Positions 63,179-64,000 of a DNA stretch of 64,000 bases are shown here, piece by piece. The notes beneath the pieces were generated by a model that had not been told where the DNA came from, did no database searches, and saw only the letters and a list, made by a program, of their open reading frames with translations. The translations under genes and the position numbers were made by a program. Source of the DNA: Herminiimonas fonticola (lineage in GTDB: Bacteria > Pseudomonadota > Gammaproteobacteria > Burkholderiales > Burkholderiaceae_D); assembly GCF_040395855.1 (NCBI RefSeq), contig NZ_JBEBPO010000002.1:2761-66760 (forward strand), given 5' to 3'. Every line of letters starts with the position of its first letter. The first letter of the stretch is position 1.

Positions 63179-64000
63179 ATGAGTGCTCAACACGCGAATG
63201 CGCCCTATTATTTCGTGCCTGGCCCGTCCAGATGGCCGGCGGCGGCGGGTATGTCACTACTCACACTGATGCTGGGCGCATCTGCCTGGGTCAATGATGC
63301 CAGCTGGGGTTCGTATATTACCTGGGCCGGCCTGCTGGGCTTTCTCGTCGTGCTGTACAAATGGTTTGGCGATGCGATCGGCGAATCCGAAGGCGGCATG
63401 TACAACAAGCGTATCGATGCATCCTACCGCTGGAGCATGAGCTGGTTCATCTTTTCCGAAGTCATGTTCTTTGGAGCATTCTTCGGTGCCTTGTTTTATG
63501 CCCGCAGCATCAGCATGCCGTGGCTAGGCGATCTGGATCACAAGATTCTGTGGCCTGATTTTGCTGCACATTGGGGTAATGTCGGTCCTGCCGGTACGGT
63601 GGAAGCCTTCACGACCATGGGCCCATTCTGGATCCCAACCATCAATACGGCATTGTTGCTGACCTCTGGCGTAACCTTGACACTCTCGCATCACGCCTTG
63701 CGTGAAAATCATCGCGGCAAGACAGCATTCTGGCTGGCTGCAACGGTGCTGCTGGGCGCGATCTTCATGGGTTTTCAGGTGTATGAATACATGCACGCCT
63801 ACAGCGAACTGAACTTGAAGCTGACATCCGGTGTCTATGGTTCGACTTTCTTCCTGCTGACCGGTTTCCATGGTTTCCATGTGACTCTGGGTGCGATCAT
63901 GCTGAGCGTCGTGTTGTACCGTGTCATGAAAGGTCACTTTACTCCTGACAACCATTTCGCATTTGAAGGTGCAGCCTGGTACTGGCACTTTGTCGACGTG
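63179..64000 (+). CDS. coxC: Cytochrome c oxidase subunit III (truncated by the window end)
   Basis: Translated by hand: 'MSAQHANAPYYFVP', 'FIFSEVMFF', 'TGFHGFHV', 'AAWYWHFVDV'. Confidence 0.95.
   Translation, partial: MSAQHANAPYYFVPGPSRWPAAAGMSLLTLMLGASAWVNDASWGSYITWAGLLGFLVVLYKWFGDAIGESEGGMYNKRIDASYRWSMSWFIFSEVMFFGAFFGALFYARSISMPWLGDLDHKILWPDFAAHWGNVGPAGTVEAFTTMGPFWIPTINTALLLTSGVTLTLSHHALRENHRGKTAFWLAATVLLGAIFMGFQVYEYMHAYSELNLKLTSGVYGSTFFLLTGFHGFHVTLGAIMLSVVLYRVMKGHFTPDNHFAFEGAAWYWHFVDV

Noticed and set aside
19-64000. Many long alternative-frame ORFs (e.g. 19-714, 4695-5453, 8347-9339, 16632-17648, 31876-33423, 37492-38586, 39498-40586, 61141-62898)
   Set aside because: Antisense or off-frame shadows of well-supported genes, expected in GC-rich DNA; no recognisable motifs
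1-64000. CRISPR arrays, tRNA/rRNA genes, IS elements
   Set aside because: No regularly spaced repeats, T-loop/cloverleaf signatures, transposase motifs or terminal inverted repeats found by eye; tRNAscan-SE and ISEScan would confirm

Overview
A gene-dense, mostly housekeeping stretch of a betaproteobacterial chromosome. Protein sequences and gene order suggest Burkholderiales, probably Oxalobacteraceae (inference, not a database result). No tRNA, rRNA, CRISPR array, transposase or prophage could be supported. In order, the window holds: HAD nucleotidase-slmA-pabBC fusion; a Cpx-like Spy/RR/HK module; a tandem NarX/PilJ-domain exported protein; moeB-ctpA-envC-gpmA; rhodanese-grxC-secB-SH3-gpsA; hslVU with a sigma32 promoter; a STAS protein; a zinc locus (zur-COG0523-dksA, DUF2946-like-ZnuD-like receptor, two Zur-like boxes); xerC-DUF484-dapF; two lipid A-type acyltransferases; a methyl-cycle cluster (SAM-II-like riboswitch-metK, M14 amidase, SAH riboswitch-ahcY-holin-like-metF, ygfA); slt-GST-cca; several small exported proteins; pssA; queC with two DUF3108 genes; phaM; MFS; TauE; proQ; terC with a ColRS-like pair; mpg; gpx; a di-iron protein; DUF411 and PCuAC; trmL-comF-bioC; and the start of the cox operon. 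The most interesting signals are mostly regulatory. (1) A well-formed sigma54 promoter with two NtrC-like sites drives a Tat-exported protein made only of two nitrate-sensor (P-box) domains. (2) A SAM-II-like riboswitch carries a variant at a key core position, with a readable three-way expression platform. (3) A perfect CpxR-type box lies upstream of the Spy gene, with a near-copy upstream of an EF-hand gene. (4) Several uncharacterised proteins merit follow-up: an orphan di-iron enzyme, a tandem-STAS protein, a DksA with a histone-like tail and unannotated micro-ORFs. All family assignments come from motif recognition by eye and need HMM/Infernal confirmation.
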